Source: Octopus sinensis (Eukaryota). From it: DNA of 64,000 bases. Of this stretch, positions 11,560-24,882 are shown piece by piece. The stretch covers positions 100,874,001-100,938,000 of the forward strand of contig NC_043006.1 in NCBI RefSeq assembly GCF_006345805.1, written 5' to 3'. The first letter of the stretch is position 1, and the number at the start of each line of letters is the position of its first letter. A model generated the notes under the pieces. The model was not told the DNA's origin. It searched no databases and saw only the letters and a program-made list of their open reading frames with translations. Position numbers and translations under genes: made by a program.

Positions 11560-13276
11560 TACGATAATTTCTTTAAGAAATTGGCTACACATTTTGATCT
11601 TATTTATAGATATGAATCACCTCAATCAGATTGATTGACCCCTAGCTGTAAATCTTCAGAGAGAAAATCCCCTTCAATATTGTTAAACCTGGTGGTTCAA
11701 GTCTTGTTGGTACTCACAACAAATCTCTTTGCTTTGAAAACAGCAAATATACCGAATGGGTTACAAGAGCATTTGCTAAGGAAACATAAATAGATAAAGA
11801 TGGCTATTCCTCATACGGAAGGCCACCAGAAGCCAGAAGCTCCCAAACCTTACCTGGACAAGATATTGCAAATAGATGGATAGTTCCCGACTATCCTTTC
11901 CTGATTACGACATTTATATAACACATCAGTTCTGAGTTCCGAATTTTAGTAAAATCTATCAAATATGTCTGCTAGCATTTAGTCAAGCGAAGTAACCTTG
12001 TAATATTTGCTTCGATGCAGCAACACAGATGTGATGAATTTACCTAATTTCAGGAAAGGTCAAGCAATAACTATGCGTTAACAAAAATAAGGCTTTCTGG
12101 CGTTTTTTCTGTCTTTGCTAATTCAACAACGCAATTTCCACTTAGGAAATGATTCACAGGATTATTCCACTGAAGCAGCACAGAAGGCATAATGTCTAAG
12201 GGAGACAACGCTTACAACCTTTCAAGTTATGCCAGTATGATTTCCTCACAAAGGGATTATTGTATTGTTCTGTTATATATTGAACATGTAAAGGAAACTA
12301 AGAAGCAGGAATGGCTGTGTGGTAAGTAGCTTGCTAACCAACCACATCGTTCCGGGTTCAGTCCCACTGCGTGGCATCTTGGGCAAGTGTCTTCTGCTAT
12401 AGCCCCGGGCCGACCAATGCCTTGTGAGTGCATTTGGTAGACGGAAACTGAAAGAAGCCTGTCGTATATATGTATATATATATGTATGTGTGTGTGTGTT
12501 TGTGTGTCTGTGTTTGTCCCCCTAGCATTGCTTGACAACCGATGCAGGTTTGTTTACGTCCCTGTCACTTAGCGGTTCGGCAAAAGAGACCGATAGAATA
12601 AGTACTGGGCTTACAAAGAATAAGTCTCAGGGTCGATTTGCTCGACCAAAGGCGGTGCTCCAGTATGGCCGCAGTCAAATGACTGAAACAAGTAAAAGAG
12701 TAAAAGAGAGTAAGCAAAAACGCTCCTGTTGAATGTCATCCTAACATTTTAGGCTGGAATAGTTTTGACAATGTTATTGAAAGAAAATATACTTTGCACG
12801 CTGCTCAAAATGAATGATAGCTTTTTCATAAAATCAGAAGTTCCCTTTGATTCCAAGATCTTCCGTTAGGCAATGGTAAAATAGCCTTTAATTCTTGCTT
12901 TATGCTTGAACTTCTGGAATATGAAGTCTAGTGGGATGTAAAATTATCAGAAAGCATTTGTATTTCAGTCAGTCAAGAGTCACAGAGTTCTTTAAAATGT
13001 TATGAATCATTCAATACACTTCAACATTAGCTCAAGTACCGTGATGACCTTGCCGAAGATCTCAAGCATCAAATTTAACAGATGTACCCAGGTATGGAAA
13101 TAGGGTACACAAATGATTCTTACAAAGCTGCTCTCATCAATACATTCAAGGCTATAAATGAAGAATTTCAAAAGTGCAGCTTCTCTCATCCTAACTACAG
13201 GTATATCTCAACTTATATCGATAAATGGTTCCTAGACAACGACGTAACAGGAAAAAGCATTTTAAAGCTTTATTAG
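11560..13276 (+). pseudogene. Helitron Rep/helicase remnant, interrupted by a family B SINE
   Basis: Motifs across stops and frameshifts: DGYSSYGRP (~DGYP.YRRR), IANRWIVPDYPFL (~IDNRWVVPYNP.L), VKSIKYV, SCFMLELLEYEV*WD (~AC..LGLLEDD.EW), KYRDDLAED. Confidence 0.8.
12308..12710 (+). mobile_element. tRNA-derived SINE, family B (CORE-like), full length
   Basis: Head GGCTGTGTGGTAAG...GGTTCAGTCCC, CTTGGGCAAGTG segment, internal (TA)(TG) tract, AGTAAAAG-repeat tail; close copies at 33946 and 48609. Confidence 0.9.
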
Positions 13277-14787
13277 TTTATATTTGTTTTAATAAATGGA
13301 TTGTATATATTTTCACGTGCGTTTTATTTCATTTTCATCTTCAGTATTGCATTTTCTGTATTTTTTTATTATTATTCTTTTAAATATGTTCGGTGAGACC
13401 AACTTAAAGTCGAATAAATCGACTGAAGTTGAATTTATGCTTTTCAATTAATTTATTTACAAAAAAGAAAAAAGGACGTAAATTTGAAAAAGATATAATT
13501 CGAAACGTCGTAAGTTGAGATATGCCTATATACTGAATTCAATAACCTAGCAACAGAAATGTGGAAATGTCATATAATATTGACGTATTGATAGTATTAT
13601 GGCAATGAGAATGAATCCGAACTCACTCTGGCACAGAGAACAATCTGATATTTATGATTTTAGATTTGGTGTTCATGATGTGGCTGACATGTTTATTGCT
13701 TGCCAAAGTTTGTCAACATAAATACTTAGCAATTTCTGTTGTTTTTTCGTGCATTACCACTAGACACCTTTTTGAGACTTTCAAACACATATTGGGCATA
13801 GTCATCTACTTGCAACATTGCCAAAAAGTCGATAACTAATCACGTCCTTAAGAGATATCAGATAATTTTCAGGAATTAATGCACAGTGACACAGTTCGAT
13901 AAAGTTCTGGACTGCATGTTGAGGACTACTGCTTTGGCATAGATTAATTTTTATGTAGGACGCCCAGAAGTTAGAAACCCCCATAATCTTTATATTCATG
14001 CTTCTGTGGTAAAGTCAAAAACATTGTACATCTCGAAGTCCCGACAAGGCAAAGTTCATAATTCCCGAAGTTATGATCGATATAGATCTAATATTACAGC
14101 TGGGGTTCATCGCAGCTTTTAATATAATTTCATCATATACATTACAGTTCTAAAATCTGGTTGCGTGAGTTGCTCTGGACATCTTGTTTACTGCTAGTTT
14201 ATAGAATTTTTTTCCATAAGTGGTTTACTTCCCAACACTTCTGTTTCCACTCATCTTTTAAATAATTCTAAGAATTAAAGAATAAAAGATTAAATAAATG
14301 CTTTCACATTAACTCAGTCTTCAGTTCTTATTTACTTTTTCACGTTAGCTACGTGTTATTTATATAATTAAATAATGAAATCTACTTCTATTGGTATTGT
14401 GTGTAAATATGTAGTAGAGTGCAATAGACATTAGACTGCTATAAACACATTAGATAACAATATCATTTTTTACATAAAAGATCACTTTTCAAGTGAAATA
14501 TAAAAATGTTTTATTAAACTGAATATGCCTTCATTAAGAACAATTCACAGCTACTTTTCAACCAGGATAACATCGGGTTTTCTATTGGTATCGAGATAGT
14601 TGTGTGTCTGTGTCTGCGTGAGCGTGTGTATTAAATATCTGTGTGTTTGTGTGTTTGTGTGTGTATTACATGTTTGTGTGTATATTGTTGTTATATTTAT
14701 ATGATACAGAAGCAAATATGTGGTTGACACTGGACCGTTCTTTCGTGGGGAGACGGTGTTTTTCGTTTGTTTTATACATTTATATAA

Positions 14788-14867
<80 letters not shown>

Positions 14868-14873
14868 ATATGC

Positions 14874-14925
<52 letters not shown>

Positions 14926-15007
14926 TATATATATATATATATATAATATATATATATATAATATATATATATAATATATATATATACTTGTGTGTTGTAT
15001 GTGTGTC

Positions 15008-15050
<43 letters not shown>

Positions 15051-15349
15051 AGTGTGTGTGTGTGTGTGTGTGTGTGTAAGCTTTATAACTGGCGTTTCTA
15101 GTTCGTGTTTTAAAATTATTTATGTTCTTTTATGTGATGTTTTTAGTCAGTAGCATCATTTTTGAAAGAGAGAGAGAGAAACAGACATACAGACAGACAG
15201 ATGAAACTGTATGGTCTTGCGTTCATCTCTCGTCGAGGCACCTCGGGCAAGTGTTTCTTTTAATATAACAGCGGGGCGACCAAAGCCTTATGAGTGGATT
15301 TGGTAAAAGGAAACTGAAGGAAGTCCGTCTTATATATATATATAATAAC

Positions 15350-16560
15350 AATTTAATAAATAAAACATATGCATACATACACACATATATGTACATACCT
15401 ACATCTATATGTATATATACATGCATATATGAGTACAGGACACCACAAATAAACGTAGAACACAACGAGAAACGAAAACATAAAATCAAACAAGGAAACG
15501 GGCTTTTTTTAACAACGAAAAAACAGAGTACAAGACAAACAATACAAGGAACATTCCCCTTCTTCAGCTGCCCCTGTTTCGACTCAATGCGTGTTTCGAA
15601 GGTAAGGGCAGAACACGGCCAGGCCGAAGCAATCCTTCCCGCAAAATGAATTAAATAAAAAATTTTTGCGGAGGGGTAAAAAAAAGTGACAAGAACAGGA
15701 CGTAAAAGCAATACAAATGAAGAAAAAAACAGTACAAATAAAGATAAAAACAGTAAAAGACAGGACAAAGAAACCAACAATAAGGGCTATTTTTTAAGCC
15801 TAGACGGTGGAAAAATTCGTTAGAATGTATTCTGAAGATCGGCTGCGGAAGAGAGAAAAAAGCCGATGTTGCCTTGTTGAAAGCTGTGGGCAGAAAGAAA
15901 GTTAGTAGCCGTCCGGTCAGAGACGAGAGAGAGGAGAAGGAGAGAGAGAGAAAGAGGAGGAGGAGGAGGAGAGAGAGAGAGAGAGGAGAAGAAACCAGAA
16001 AGGGTGAAAATAAGGAGAGAGACAGGTAGAGAGGAAGATAGACAGGCAAGGAGGAAAGGTCAAGTAAAGAGTTAAGAGTGCGCGTATAATTATTGAAATA
16101 AAACTTACTTGGAGAAGAAGATACTATAATCGTCACTAAATGCGACCAGGGTGTTAGACACACCTGCATTGCTAGAAATATGAGCTAAAATGTTGTAATG
16201 TTGTAGTCAGATCACATACTTATATACATATATCTGAGCTGGGACTGTAATTGTCTGAAAATGCCGTTCGAGAATTCCTTATACTGACAGTCAGTTTCAG
16301 TAGTTTCCGTTGCCTCATCAGTAAGGACTGGCTCGACTTCGGCTGTTTCAGACTTAATTCTCCGTTAGTATATATGTTTTCGTCACAGAAATCTATGAAT
16401 GAATTGGCAAATTGCTAATGTGTATACAGAAAAGTAATGTAGACGGCAGTTTGCAATACTTCACCAAAAAGAAAATCTATAACCGTCACTAAATTTGACT
16501 AGGGTGTTAAAAATACCTACCATGCGAGGAATAAGAGCTAAAATGTTCTAATGCTGTAGT
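15350..16560 (-). mobile_element. Composite (TA)n-flanked Penelope-derived repeat region
   Basis: 15350-15790 is homologous to 6410-6790; ~85-bp direct repeat at 16124-16208 and 16477-16560 flanks a hammerhead. Confidence 0.6.
16277..16326 (-). ncRNA. Type I hammerhead ribozyme
   Basis: CCTTA-CTGATGA-GGCAACGGAAACTACT-GAAA-CTGACTGTCAG-TA-TAAGG: perfect stem I, near-palindromic stem III, GUA site, decayed stem II. Confidence 0.75.
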
Positions 16561-16644
16561 TAAAGCACATAATATATATATATATATATATATATATACA
16601 GCCTGCAGTATACATACACACACACACACTCACACACTCACACA

Positions 16645-16712
<68 letters not shown>

Positions 16713-16964
16713 CCAAAGTGTACGTACGCCACTATATATATATATATAGGTTATAAGAGATAATGGTGTCATTGAGACACAAAGGTGTCAGGTAATGCTG
16801 AATAAGTGCTATAGACAGGCCATAGTTAAGTTCCAGATTCGGTGATTTTGCGAATAAGGGGTTCAACGTTGGTCATATGTCAGTGTGTGTATATAAGAAC
16901 TTTTTGCGTAATGAGATAAAAAAAAACCAAGGCTGTGTAGATATTAGAATATTTATAGATAGAA

Positions 16965-17017
16965 GGTCTTACAGTTGTTTCCAAGATATTTATTAAGTAT
17001 ATCCCTTCATCGGAGAC
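16965..17017 (-). ncRNA. Degenerate hammerhead in a (TA)n-flanked element (about 16750-17150)
   Basis: GTCT-CCGATGA-AGGGATAT..ATATCTTG-GAAAC-AACT-GTA-AGAC; core U4>C. Confidence 0.55.
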
Positions 17018-17239
17018 GGTGTGAGAGGATGGTTAAGTCATAGTTAGTTTAGATGTGATACAAAATAGAGAGTGAGGTGGAGGAAAGAAAATAGATGTGA
17101 GATATGTAGGGATATTGAATTTGTAGATCCATTTTTTAGGTGGAATGGTATATATATATATGAGATACCAATACCTTATGAGAAAAATTCAACAGTATTT
17201 TTTTTCATATGGTATTGGAATCTTGAGAAAAATAGTTGT

Positions 17240-17580
17240 TTATGAGAAGTTTGCTTCCCAACCACATGCTTTTTGGTTCAGTTCCAATTCGTAGCATGTT
17301 GGGAAAGTATTTGGGCCGTCCAAAACTGTGTAGGTGGATTTGGTAAACGGAAACTGAAAGAAGCCCGTCGTATATGTGTGTTGTGTATGTATATGAATGT
17401 CTGTCTATCTCCCCACCATCGTTTGACAACCGGTGTTAGTTTGTTTATATGGTAAAGCGACCGATAGAAATTCCAGACTTTAGAAAATATGTCCTGGGGT
17501 CATGTTTTCGATTAAAACGTTTCGAGTCGGTACACCAGTATGGCCGCAGTCGAATGATTAAAGCAAGTAAAATATTAAAG
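17240..17580 (+). mobile_element. Old family B SINE. Other diverged copies at about 24640-25060, 27400-27620, 36020-36420
   Basis: GGATTTGGTAAACGGAAACTGAAAGAAGCCCGTCGTAT and TATGGCCGCAGTC blocks. Confidence 0.75.
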
Positions 17581-17895
17581 TTAGAAGATATGAGCGTTTG
17601 AAGTACCCAAAGTATGGACATCATTACACAATGGGTGAAATATTATAAATTGCTGGTTTTTCAATGGGTTTCAATGAACCGTGACAGTTGTCATTCAAGT
17701 GAAAGACTGACACAGAGCGGAAGAGGAAATACGATGCAGCAAGGAATTCGGCTGATTTTCCGGAACTAAGCATATTCAACTTACTGAAACTCTAGGAACA
17801 TAATAAGAAATATATGATTTGGTAATATGCTGAATTTAGATTAATTCATTTGTCTCAAGTTATGCCACGCTGACAATTCCGAAATAGGATGAAAT

Positions 17896-18286
17896 GGATG
17901 GGTGGAAGCACTCCGTCGGTTACGACGATGAGGGTTCCGGTTGATCCGATCAACGGAACAGCCTGCTCGTGAAATTAACGTGTCAGTGGCTGAGCACTCC
18001 ACAGACACGTGTACCCTTAACGTAGTTCTCGGGGATATTCAGCGTGACACAGAGAGTGACAAGGCCGGCCCCTTTAAATACAGGTACAACAGAAACAGGA
18101 AGTAAGAGTGAGAGAAAGTTGTGGTGAAAGAGTACAGCAGGGATCACCACCATCCCTGCCGGAGCCTCGTGGAGCTTTTAGGTGTTTTCGCTCAATAAAC
18201 ACTCACAACGCCCGATCTGGGAATCGAAACCACGATCCTATGACCGCGAGTCCGCTTCCCTAACCACTGGGCCATTGCGCCTCCAC
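17896..18286 (-). mobile_element. tRNA-derived SINE, family C, full length with 10-bp TSD
   Basis: Head GTGGAGGCGCAATGGCCCAGTGGTTAGGG...GTTTCGATTCC; TSD AGGATGAAAT at 17886-17895 and 18287-18296. Confidence 0.92.
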
Positions 18287-19295
18287 AGGATGAAATAACA
18301 TTGTACAAAGCTTCAAACTACTATAATCCTTAATAACCCTATAATGTGTAGCAAAAACATATTAAATGTGTATGCTCTACATAGCTTCTTTACTCTTTGA
18401 TGTAAATTCCATATTTTCAAATCTGCCACAAATTAACTAGAATTGATAGTCTCCTCTCTAATAGACAGCCACCACCGGCGTATCACTTGGAATAATAATG
18501 TTTGCCTATAAAGAAAAAATACAAAATAAAAATTAAGAAACGATACCACTACATAAATTACCAGTATCTTGCTAATCAATCAAATACACTCTAGCATATA
18601 GATATTTGATCAACCTGCTAGAAATAACAGTTAAATTCGCTCAACTCGTATGCTATCCAGACCTCATACTGATCACCAACGCAATCTTTTCTCGCTGATT
18701 ATATCTTTTCGGGAGGTCTTGATTTGCAAGTGTTCAAAATGAACATTAATAGCATCCCTCTCAACTGGTCAAAGAAAGACCTGCCTAGGCCATGGGTATT
18801 GTTTCTTACTCCAGACCAGCCGAGTAAACAAATAAATAATAAGTCTACTCCATCTAAGACGACTCAGAACTAAAGAACAACATCTTAACTAACGAACTTA
18901 ACACTTATTTATCAAATATCATATTGAAGTGATGCATGATATCTGAAGAAAAGTAGTCAATTTGTTTACCTGGAAGAACAAGTGATTTTCAATTTATTCG
19001 CCATTACTTTCCTTTTCCACATGCAAATCTGTACTTCAGAGAGAATAATGACACGGAATTAGTAATTGCGATAATTGATTAGTTTTACGACAAACAACAT
19101 TGGAAATTAGAATATTATTCCATGTAGAAGACTGTTCCAACATGATTTGTAATATTATCTTCAAGGATGAAGTATTTTATTTAGTTATTTCATTTTATAT
19201 ACTGTTAATATTTTATACATGTTAATATGAAGGTGTGTGGCCCAGTGGTTAGGCTGTTGCACCCACGATAGCTAAATTTGCGCTCACGTTGGGAT

Positions 19296-19980
19296 TTCTT
19301 TTCTACTCTAAAGCACAAGGCCCGAAATTTTGGGGGAGAGGACCAGGTGATTCGATCTACCCCAGTACGCAACTGGTGCTTAATTTATCGACGCCGAAAG
19401 GATAAAAGGTAAAGTCGACCTCGGCGGAATTTGAACTCAGACCTAAAGACAGAGGAAATACCTAATTCTTTACTAGCCACAAGGGGCTAAACACATAGAG
19501 GACAGATAAACGGATTGAGTCGATTAGATCGACCCCAATGCATAACTGGTACTTATTTAATCGAACCCAAAAGGATGAATGGCAAAGTCGACCCCGGCGG
19601 AATTTGAACTCAAAACGTTTCGGCAAACGAAATACCTATTTCTTTACTACTCACAAGGGGCTAAACAGAGAGGGGACAGACAAAAGGATTCAGTCGATTA
19701 CATCGACCCCAGTGCGTAACTGGTACTTTTTTTATTCGACTCCGAAAGGATGAAAGGCAAAGTCGACCTCGGCGGAATTTGAACTCAGAACGTGGCGGCA
19801 GACGAAATACCTATTTCTATTTCTTTACTACCCACAAGGGTCTAAACACAGAAGGAACAAACAAGGACAGACAAATGGATTGAGTCGACCTCGGCGGAAT
19901 TTGAACTCGGAACGTAACGGCAGACGAAATACGGCTACGCATTTCGCTGGGCGTGCTAACGTTTCTGCCAGCTCGCCGCC
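19296..19980 (-). mobile_element. Family A SINE multimer
   Basis: GTCGACC(T/C)CGGCGGAATTTGAACTC occurs four times in tandem. Confidence 0.9.
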
Positions 19981-20351
19981 TTGCACTCAAGATGGAAATT
20001 ATTAGAATAAGGTAATAATGGGGCCATAAGATCGTGGGGCCATCAGCTCATGACGCAATCATATGAGTACTATCGGGAAATACGCCGTGTCTTGTACCTT
20101 CTTAGACCTGATGAAGCTCGTCCTTCAGATCTGACCACAACTGATCTATTCATGGAAATGAGAAAAAAAGACAGAAAGAACAGAGTACAGGACTTGTATC
20201 GGTCCCTAATTTTGAACTCATAGTCTAAAGAACCGGAACAAACATTTGGAGGCAGTTCGTTCGAAGCTTTAACGACTTACTAATTTTAACTAAGTCCAAG
20301 AGCATACAAATACGTCGATTCAACACTATACACACAGGAAGTATACCAACT

Positions 20352-20670
20352 GGTATTCCGTCGGTTGCGACGACGAGGGTGCCAGTTGATCCGATCAACG
20401 GAACAACCTGCTCGTGAAATTAACGTGCAAGAGGCTGAGCACTCCGCAGACACGCGCGCCCTTTATGTAGTTCTCAAGGAGATTCAGTGTGAAAAGGAAT
20501 GTGACAAGATTGGCCCTTTCAAATACAGGTACAAATCATTTTTGCCAGCTGAGTGGACTAAAGAAACGTGAAATTAAGTGGCTTACTCAGAAAACAACGC
20601 CAACCGGCAATGAAAGTCATGACCTTACGATCGCCTGGCCAATGACCCCAATCCCTAAGCTACTCGCCTT
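20352..20670 (-). mobile_element. Family D SINE
   Basis: Reverse-complement match to 24051-24370. Confidence 0.75.
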
Positions 20671-22394
20671 CGTGCATGCATGCCCAGCTGTGGCTGCTTA
20701 CAACAGAGAGGTGCGCTTAACCGCAACTCCTAACCGCAATTAAGTTAGCTGCTAAGCGTTAGGTGAATGTGACAGCATAAGACACGTTATCCCTTTGGGC
20801 GATTGATGATTTCCTTAACAACACAGATCGTAGAGAACACCGGTCTCCTAATTATCCTATGAATTATGGAATATTAATTAATCCATAAACAACGTGCACT
20901 ATGATGTAATTACTCAAAAGCTTCTATATTAAAGAAATTAAAGTCTAGCTAACAAGAGAGATTGTGTGTGTTGTGTGTATATGTGCGTTGATATATGTTA
21001 GTGCGTGTATGTGGATGTGTATGTTTACAGTTGTAAAATTTCTTCCTTCATAACAAGCATGGACTTCATGTAATTAACAAGTATTATGACATGTAGAAGA
21101 CATGTTCACAAGGAAACAGTTAATTAGTTAATTAAAGGAATATTTTAAATTTTAAAATAAACAAATAAGTAACGATTTATAGAATTTGTATTAGTTATTG
21201 ATTAATGCATTTATTTAATTATTAATTTATTTTCCTATTTATTTATTGATCTGTGTAAATTGACGAAATTAGAAGACAGCAGAATCTTACATCAGAGAAG
21301 TTTATTAAGAAAGAAAAGGAGGGGAAAACGGCTTGTGTTTGTTGTATTCGAAGATTTACAGCGGCTTATTTCTTCGTTCGTATTGCTAGCATCACTCTCA
21401 GTGAATGCTGAGAGGCAGTTGAATCTTTTGTTCGCTTTTAAAGAAACATAAGCACTTCTATGTTCTAACGTTTTCTTTGTTTTAAATTTGAGGAGTGATT
21501 AATGCAGCAACTATCGCTTTCCATAGTTTTTAAGGCAACTCCTACTCGGAATATATTTGAATATCATTAAACACTGTCTTAATGCCAAGGATACAGCCTA
21601 CGCTTTCAAATGACATGTTAGAAGGAGCAGTTAAATCTCTCTTAAATTATACACAACCGTATCGAAACAATATTAACACATTGGGTAATGTCATCAAAGA
21701 TACAGATATGATATACAATCGGAAATTAAGATTTATTTTTAATGACATGATCAAAGGAGGGAAGTCTTTTATGGCCTCCAAGACTGTTGGAAGGTAGGGA
21801 AAAGTTCTCTTGAATCACGGGACCTGTTCCGGATGCTCGCGACTGAGTGGATTCCTCTGAAGTATTCCATGGAGGTGTTAGACTAGGCGACGGATTAAGT
21901 CTATCAGTTTCACGGTTATGACTGAAACGCAATGGATCAAAAACGTGTTCAAGATCCTGAAGCTAAATAATGATAATAACTGCTTCAATCATTCGCCCAA
22001 GACGAGCAGTTTTAGGGAGAAGGGTCCAGTTTTGATTTTATCGAATCTAATGTTTAGCCGGTTCATTATTTTATTAACCCTGAAAGGATGAAAAGCAAAG
22101 TTGATCTTGGCATGATTTGAGCTCAGAACGTAGAGCTGAATCAAATGGTGCAAGGTTTATTTTTTTCCTGATGTAACGCTTCTGACGTAATACTTTTTCT
22201 CCTAATTTAAGAATAACTCCAGCAGTTTTGAGGAAAGTGGATAGTCGACTATATCAAACCTATTACGAGACTGGTGCTTTATTTTATCGATCTAAAGAAT
22301 GAAAGCCAAGTCTCGACCTTGGCGAGATTTTGAACTCAGAACGTAAAGAACTGGAACAAATTGCGCAAAGAATTTTTTCCGATGCTCTCATAAC

Positions 22395-22698
22395 TATTTC
22401 TTTACTACCCACAAGGGGCTAAACATGGAAGGGACAAACAAGGACAGACAAAGGGATTAAGTCGATTACATCGACGCCAGTGCGTAACTGGTACTTAATT
22501 TATCGACCCCGAAAGGATGAAAGGCAAAGTCGACCTCGGCGGAATTTGAACTCAGAACGTAGCGGCAGACGAAATACCTATTTCTTTACTACCCACAAGG
22601 GGCTAAACACAGAGGGGACAAACTCGGAATGTAACGACAGACGAAATACGGCTACGCATTTCGCCCGGCGTGCTAATGTTTCTGCCAGCTCGCCGCCT
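22395..22698 (-). mobile_element. Family A SINE with partial internal duplication
   Basis: Reverse complement of 1033-1257 with an extra tail segment. Confidence 0.9.
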
Positions 22699-23117
22699 TC
22701 TATGATAACAATAATAACTGCGCCTCATCTGAATGAATCTTTACTTATTTATTTTACTCCCTACATATCAAGCCGAAATCGGTCCCTTGCGCCATATTAC
22801 TGGAAGTTTAAACAATTTAAAGATGTGACCTTGTGATAGACGTTCTTCATAACTTCAAAGGAGGAAGATTTGTTGACCAAACGACTGCGCTGCTGTTGTT
22901 ACTGGTGATGTAGTTGTTGAAACCTAGGTCGCTGCTGCTTCTGTTGTTGTTTAAGCTTAAATCACATCTGATCGATTATGTCTATTTGTCAATGGTGTTT
23001 CAGTTATGTCCGTCCTGTAACTTTTTTTAAAAGTTTATAATGTATCTGGGACTTCATTATCAAAGGTAGACTTACGCGTTTTAAACGGAGGTAGCCGTCC
23101 AAGAATTTGGACCTGGA

Positions 23118-23299
23118 GATCTCCATTTCCAGCGACTTCGAGGGCCACCTCCCAGTGGTCTCGGGCGTCAACGAAAAGCCGTCGACTACAACATGACGAC
23201 CAAACTTTTTTTTCAAGGTCTGGGGTCTCCCGCCTCTAAGCTCTAGACCATCACCTAATCACCCTTACTCGTCTTGTTGCTTAACAACAACAACAAAAA
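23118..23299 (+). mobile_element. ~185-bp repeat ending in (AAC)n, a retroelement 3' end or short SINE
   Basis: Second copy at 61561-61752. Confidence 0.75.
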
Positions 23300-23520
23300 C
23301 GGAGGTATGTGATTTCAGAATTGTTTAATTACAACTTTTAGGAAGTTGTATGACCGCTAGTTGGCAGTTAATTCTTTACTTCTTTTAATTGTCTCAGTAA
23401 TTGGATCGTGGTCATCCTGGGACATCTTAATAGGATAGATCTGTCAAATCGATCCCAATATTTAATTTTAAGTCTGATTTTTATTTTTCACCCAACAGAT
23501 CGGTTACAGAAATATAAACA

Positions 23521-23810
23521 AACATTATTTACATTATTTATATTATTTAACTTTGACGGATATTTGTCCTCATCTTGTTTGCGCACGGGCATATAGTGTA
23601 GTGGTTAAGAGCGTGGGCTACTAACCCCAAGATTCCTAGTTCGATTCCAAGCAGTGACCTGAATGATAATAACATCGAAAAATACCTTAAGAATAAGAAT
23701 CCAGGTTCAAAATTTCCCCAAGACACCTGAAGAAGACTGGAGGGTGTATCAGTCATCAAACGGGATGAGGACAAATATCCGTCAAATGTAAATAACATAA
23801 ATAATGAATA
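23521..23810 (+). mobile_element. ORF-less element: inverted tail, tRNA-like head, hammerhead remnant, tail (Penelope terminal-repeat derivative)
   Basis: 23521-23580 is the reverse complement of about 23758-23810; tRNA-like 23587-23659 with A box TAGTGTAGTGG and B box GTTCGATTC; ACAC-CTGAAGA at 23723; head, hammerhead and tail all recur at 30114-30760. Confidence 0.8.
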
Positions 23811-24050
23811 TAATTCTTCATCTGTTAAATATAAAAATATATAAACAAGCAAGTTAACTCTTTTGTTCTTATACTTGTTTCAGTATTGGACTGCGGCCAG
23901 GCTGAAGCATCATCATCAGGAAGAGTTTAGTCTATTAAATCGACACCATTTATTTTTAAGTCTGGTACTTATTCCCTCGGTCTCTTTTGGTTGTTATTGT
24001 TGTTGCTGTTGTTTTTTGTGTAGTTATTGTTCTTCTTGTTCTTTGCATGA

Positions 24051-24370
24051 AGGTGCGTGGCTTAGTGGTTAGGGTATTCGGCTCACGATTGTAATGTCGT
24101 AAGTTCAATTCCCGGCGATGCGTTGTGTGCTTGTGCGAGACACTTTATTTCAACTTGCTCCAGTCCACTCAGCTAGCAAAAACGAGTTGTATCTGTATTT
24201 GAAAGGGCTAGGCTTGTCACCCCCTGTGTCACGCTGGATTTCCCTGAGAACTACATTGAGGGTACACGTGTCTATGGAGTGCTCAGCTACATGCACGTTG
24301 ATTTTACGTGCAGGCTGTTCTGTTGGTCGGATCAACTGGAACCCCCGTCGTCGTAACCGACGGAGTGCCA
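24051..24370 (+). mobile_element. Family D SINE
   Basis: tRNA-like head plus family C tail ending CGTCGTAACCGACGGAGTGCC. Confidence 0.85.
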
Positions 24371-24837
24371 TTCTTCTAGCTCTTCTAGCAGTCACCATCT
24401 TTTGTGTTCAAAGGTTTCCAACAAGGCAGTATGATGCGATGTGTTTGTCATGTCGTAAGCAGCTGCTTATGATTGAAAAATTGATATTTGTTTTCCCTGG
24501 AGATTCTTTCGTTAACGTCCATTAATACTGTTCTTGGAAATTGCTGCTGGTTCAAAAACTATGTGTTCCACACAAGTTAACTTGTTGATTGCTTGCCTTA
24601 CTACATTAACTCCATTACTTCTGCCTTATTGGCGTAAACACGGCTCTGCAGTTAAAAATTTCGCTTCGTAGCCACTTGGTTTCGGGTTCAGTCACACTGC
24701 GCGGCACCCTGGGTAAGTGTCTTCGATTAAAGTCCTGGGAAAGAAAATCATGTTTTGTGAGTAAATTTAGAAGATAGAAACAGTGGGGAGGCCTGTTTTA
24801 TACATGCTTGTGTTCTTTTGTGTGTGTGTATATATGT

Positions 24838-24882
<45 letters not shown>

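Noticed and set aside
20107-20135. CTGATGAAG hammerhead half-core
   Set aside because: No downstream GAAA box or stems
23587-23659. tRNA gene (ACT anticodon)
   Set aside because: Acceptor and anticodon stems are mismatched and it is embedded in a repeated mobile element; treated as a tRNA-derived head
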